DNA of 64,000 nucleotides from Alphaproteobacteria bacterium (GTDB lineage Bacteria; Pseudomonadota; Alphaproteobacteria; Rs-D84): NCBI GenBank assembly GCA_031555055.1, contig JAVBUT010000008.1, positions 3,354 to 67,353 of the forward strand, read 5' to 3'. Shown piece by piece: positions 61,296 to 64,000 of this stretch (position 1 is its first letter; each line of letters starts with the position of its first letter). The notes under the pieces were generated by a model. It saw only the letters and a program-made list of their open reading frames with translations, ran no database searches and was not told where the DNA came from. The position numbers and the translations under genes were made by a program.

Positions 61296-64000
61296 CTACT
61301 CTTCCTCTTTCACGTTTGTGACCAAGGCTTCGCCTTCGACGATTGCGGTGACCTGGTCCAGGCTGTCGCCGGCGTCGGCGTTTTCATCCGTTTCGTCGTC
61401 TTTTAGAATCGCGGTTGCGGATACGACTTTTTCTTTATCAGCCGTGCGGAACAATGTTACGCCCGCAGTCGCGCGGCCCGCGATGCGAACATCGGACACC
61501 GGTGTGCGGATAATTTTTCCACCGTCGGTCACCATCAGAACATCCTGGCACGAATTGATCGGGAACGATCCGGCCACAGCAGTGTTTTTACCACCCAGTT
61601 TGATATTGGTAAATCCATTGCCGCCACGATGTGTCAGACGGTATTCGTACGATGATGTACGCTTGCCGAATCCGTTTTCGGATACAGTCAGAATAAATTC
61701 TTCACGCGCAGCCATTTCGTTCATTTTTGCATCGTCCAGGACAATGTTTGTTTCGACGACATCGTCGGCTTCGTCCGAATTCGCATTCGTCCCGGCGTCC
61801 GCATCATCTTCCAATCCGGCAGCGCGACGCGCGGCGCGGCTTTGCTTTATATACGCGGCGCGGATGGACGAATCTTCTTCGCCATGATTCAGCATCGCCA
61901 TACCGATGATATGATCGTTCTTGTCCAGCCTCAGTCCGCGAACACCGGTCGAATCACGACCCGCAAACACGCGGATTTCCGGCACAGGGAATCTGATCGC
62001 ACGACCGCGATATGTTGCCAAGAACACGTCTTGGGTCTCGGCACACGGCAATACAGAAACCAGCGTGTCGCCCTCATCCAGCTTCATCGCGATTTTTCCA
62101 TTCGCGCGAATGCTTTCAAAGTCGTCTGTTTTATTTCTGCGAACGTTTCCGGATGCGGTTGCGAACATCAGATATTTCGCATCGCCGTCTTCGACCGGCA
62201 GAATCGCGGTAATCGTTTCGCCATTTGACAGCGGCAACAGATTCACCAGCGGGCGCCCTTTGGCCGCGGCGGCGGCTTCTGGTAATTTATATGTTTTCAG
62301 TTTATAGCAAATTCCCTTGGAACTAAAGAACAACAGCGGCGTATGCGTATTCGCGACAAAGACCTGGACCACATAGTCATCGTCTTTGGTTGCCATCGCG
62401 TTGCGTCCTTTGCCGCCGCGCTTTTGCGCACGATAAGTATCCAATGCGACACGTTTGATATATCCGGTGTTTGTAACTGTGATAACCATATCTTCGCGCG
62501 CGATCAGGTCTTCGATATCAATGTCGATTTCTGCGTCTGATATTTCCGTGCGACGCGGACCCGCCCAGTTGTCGCGCACAGCGGTCGTTTCATCACGAAT
62601 GATCTGTATGATACGTTCGTTCGATCCCAATATGTCCAGGAACTCTTTTATAACCGCGCCCAGTTCCGTCAGATCGTTGTGAATCTTTTCGCGTTCCAAT
62701 CCAGTCAGTCGGTGCAGCTGCAGTTCCAAAATCGCCTTGGCCTGGTCTTCGGACATATGGAACATGCCGTCTTTGTATTCCGTGTTCGGATCGTCGATCA
62801 GTTTAATGTACGCTTCGATATCTGACGCCTTCCATCCGCGGGATACCAACGATATACGGGCGGCTTCTGGATTTTCGGATTTTTTAATCAGTTCTATAAT
62901 TTCATCCAGATTTCCAACCGCCACCGACAGCCCCAACAAAGTGTGCGCACGGTTGCGCGCCTTGTTCAGATCGAATATGGTGCGGCGACGAATGACTTCA
63001 CCACGGAATTCGACGAATGATTTCAGAACCCCCAGAACATTGAACAACATCGGACGACCACGGTTCAGCGCCATCATATTTACCGGAAACGATGTCTGCA
63101 TTTCCGTGTATTGGAACAGGTGATTCAACACAACATCTGCGATCGCATCACGCTTCAGTTCAATGACAACGCGCAGACCTTCCTTGGAACTTTCATCGCG
63201 GATTTCAGAAATCCCTTCGATGCGCTTGTCCTTGATCAGTTCGGCGATTTTGATAATCAGGCTTGCCTTGTTCACCTGGTACGGGATTTCGTCGACGACG
63301 ATCGCTTCGTGATCTTTAAAGTCTTCAAAGTGCGTCTTGGAACGAACAATAACCGATCCGCGTCCCGTGGTGTGCGCCTTGTACGCGCCGGCGCGACCCA
63401 TGATAATGCCACCGGTCGGAAAGTCCGGACCCTGGATGATAGAGAACAATTCATCATCGGTTAATTCCGGTTTGTCCAGCAATGTCAGGATACCATTACA
63501 AACTTCGCCCAAGTTATATGTTGGAACGTTTGTCGCCATACCGACCGCGATACCCGATCCGCCATTGATCAAAAAGTTCGGAAATTTTGCAGGCAAAACG
63601 ACAGGTTCTTCCAAAGTGCCGTCAAAGTTCGGCATCCAATCAACCGTGTCTTTTTCCATATCGTCCATTAACGACGCGCCCAGTTTGCTTAAACGTGCTT
63701 CGGTATAACGCATAGCAGCCGGCTTGTCCCCGTCGCGCGAACCAAAGTTACCCTGGCCCTGGACCAGCGTTTCGCCCATGGAAAAATCCTGGGCCATACG
63801 GGCCATCGCTTCGTAAATACTGCTGTCGCCGTGGGGATGGTATTTACCCATGACGTCACCGACGATACGCGCAGATTTAATCGTTGCGCGGGTTGCGGGT
63901 GCCACATCATTCATAACATACAGAATTCTGCGGTGTACAGGCTTGCACCCGTCGCGAACGTCCGGCAATGCGCGATCCGTGATAACCGACATTGCATAGT
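61296..64000 (-). CDS. gyrA: DNA gyrase subunit A; N-terminal codons lie beyond the window end
   Basis: (D)[40 protein letters not shown]-terminal beta-pinwheel repeats. Frame is open to nt 64000. Confidence 0.95.
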   Translation of the reverse strand, partial: YAMSVITDRALPDVRDGCKPVHRRILYVMNDVAPATRATIKSARIVGDVMGKYHPHGDSSIYEAMARMAQDFSMGETLVQGQGNFGSRDGDKPAAMRYTEARLSKLGASLMDDMEKDTVDWMPNFDGTLEEPVVLPAKFPNFLINGGSGIAVGMATNVPTYNLGEVCNGILTLLDKPELTDDELFSIIQGPDFPTGGIIMGRAGAYKAHTTGRGSVIVRSKTHFEDFKDHEAIVVDEIPYQVNKASLIIKIAELIKDKRIEGISEIRDESSKEGLRVVIELKRDAIADVVLNHLFQYTEMQTSFPVNMMALNRGRPMLFNVLGVLKSFVEFRGEVIRRRTIFDLNKARNRAHTLLGLSVAVGNLDEIIELIKKSENPEAARISLVSRGWKASDIEAYIKLIDDPNTEYKDGMFHMSEDQAKAILELQLHRLTGLEREKIHNDLTELGAVIKEFLDILGSNERIIQIIRDETTAVRDNWAGPRRTEISDAEIDIDIEDLIAREDMVITVTNTGYIKRVALDTYRAQKRGGKGRNAMATKDDDYVVQVFVANTHTPLLFFSSKGICYKLKTYKLPEAAAAAKGRPLVNLLPLSNGETITAILPVEDGDAKYLMFATASGNVRRNKTDDFESIRANGKIAMKLDEGDTLVSVLPCAETQDVFLATYRGRAIRFPVPEIRVFAGRDSTGVRGLRLDKNDHIIGMAMLNHGEEDSSIRAAYIKQSRAARRAAGLEDDADAGTNANSDEADDVVETNIVLDDAKMNEMAAREEFILTVSENGFGKRTSSYEYRLTHRGGNGFTNIKLGGKNTAVAGSFPINSCQDVLMVTDGGKIIRTPVSDVRIAGRATAGVTLFRTADKEKVVSATAILKDDETDENADAGDSLDQVTAIVEGEALVTNVKEEE

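Overview
Annotation is from reading the sequence and recalling protein motifs. No database search or folding program was run.

This is a 64-kb chromosomal window, most likely from an alphaproteobacterium. Supporting evidence is an IHF-alpha with the TVTR motif, GapR/DUF2312, the rpmF-plsX / fabH-ihfA / merR gene set, and SPOR tails ending YRLRxG...C.VV.

**Gene content**
- Housekeeping core, minus strand: tRNA-Trp, secE, nusG, rplK, rplA, rplJ, rplL, rpoB, rpoC.
- Other core genes: rpmF-plsX, fabH-ihfA, yidC, lspA, a KefC-like antiporter, a dac-recR-X-rsmA operon, pyk, gapR, pyrG, comEC, truA-X-fmt-def, rmuC and gyrA (partial).
- Efflux: a marR-tolC-adaptor-RND operon.
- tRNAs: Arg(CCT), Trp(CCA), Glu(CTC), Gln(TTG).
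- Accessory content: an orphan virB8-virB9-virB10 operon with unusual domain fusions, several secreted cysteine-rich proteins, low-GC orphan genes wedged into conserved operons, and a small glycan-modification cluster next to a lone tail-fibre-like gene.

**Main findings**
1. More than 20 hairpins have arms made of tandem 7-mers or 6-mers. The unit sequence differs between loci, but the architecture is the same.
   - They fill gene junctions, including almost every junction of the ribosomal-protein/RNAP cluster.
   - They donate stop codons and sit in frame inside rsmA and fmt.
   - They encode the hydrophobic cores of four signal peptides. VirB9 and the DD-carboxypeptidase share one near-identical start-codon-plus-signal-peptide cassette.
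2. rpoC carries a single in-frame TAG at codon 75, although TAG is a normal stop elsewhere in the window.
3. VirB9 is fused to a C-terminal SPOR domain, and VirB10 carries extra Ig-like and Cys-rich modules.
4. A roughly 190-nt promoter-to-terminator unit with no ORF is a candidate sRNA.
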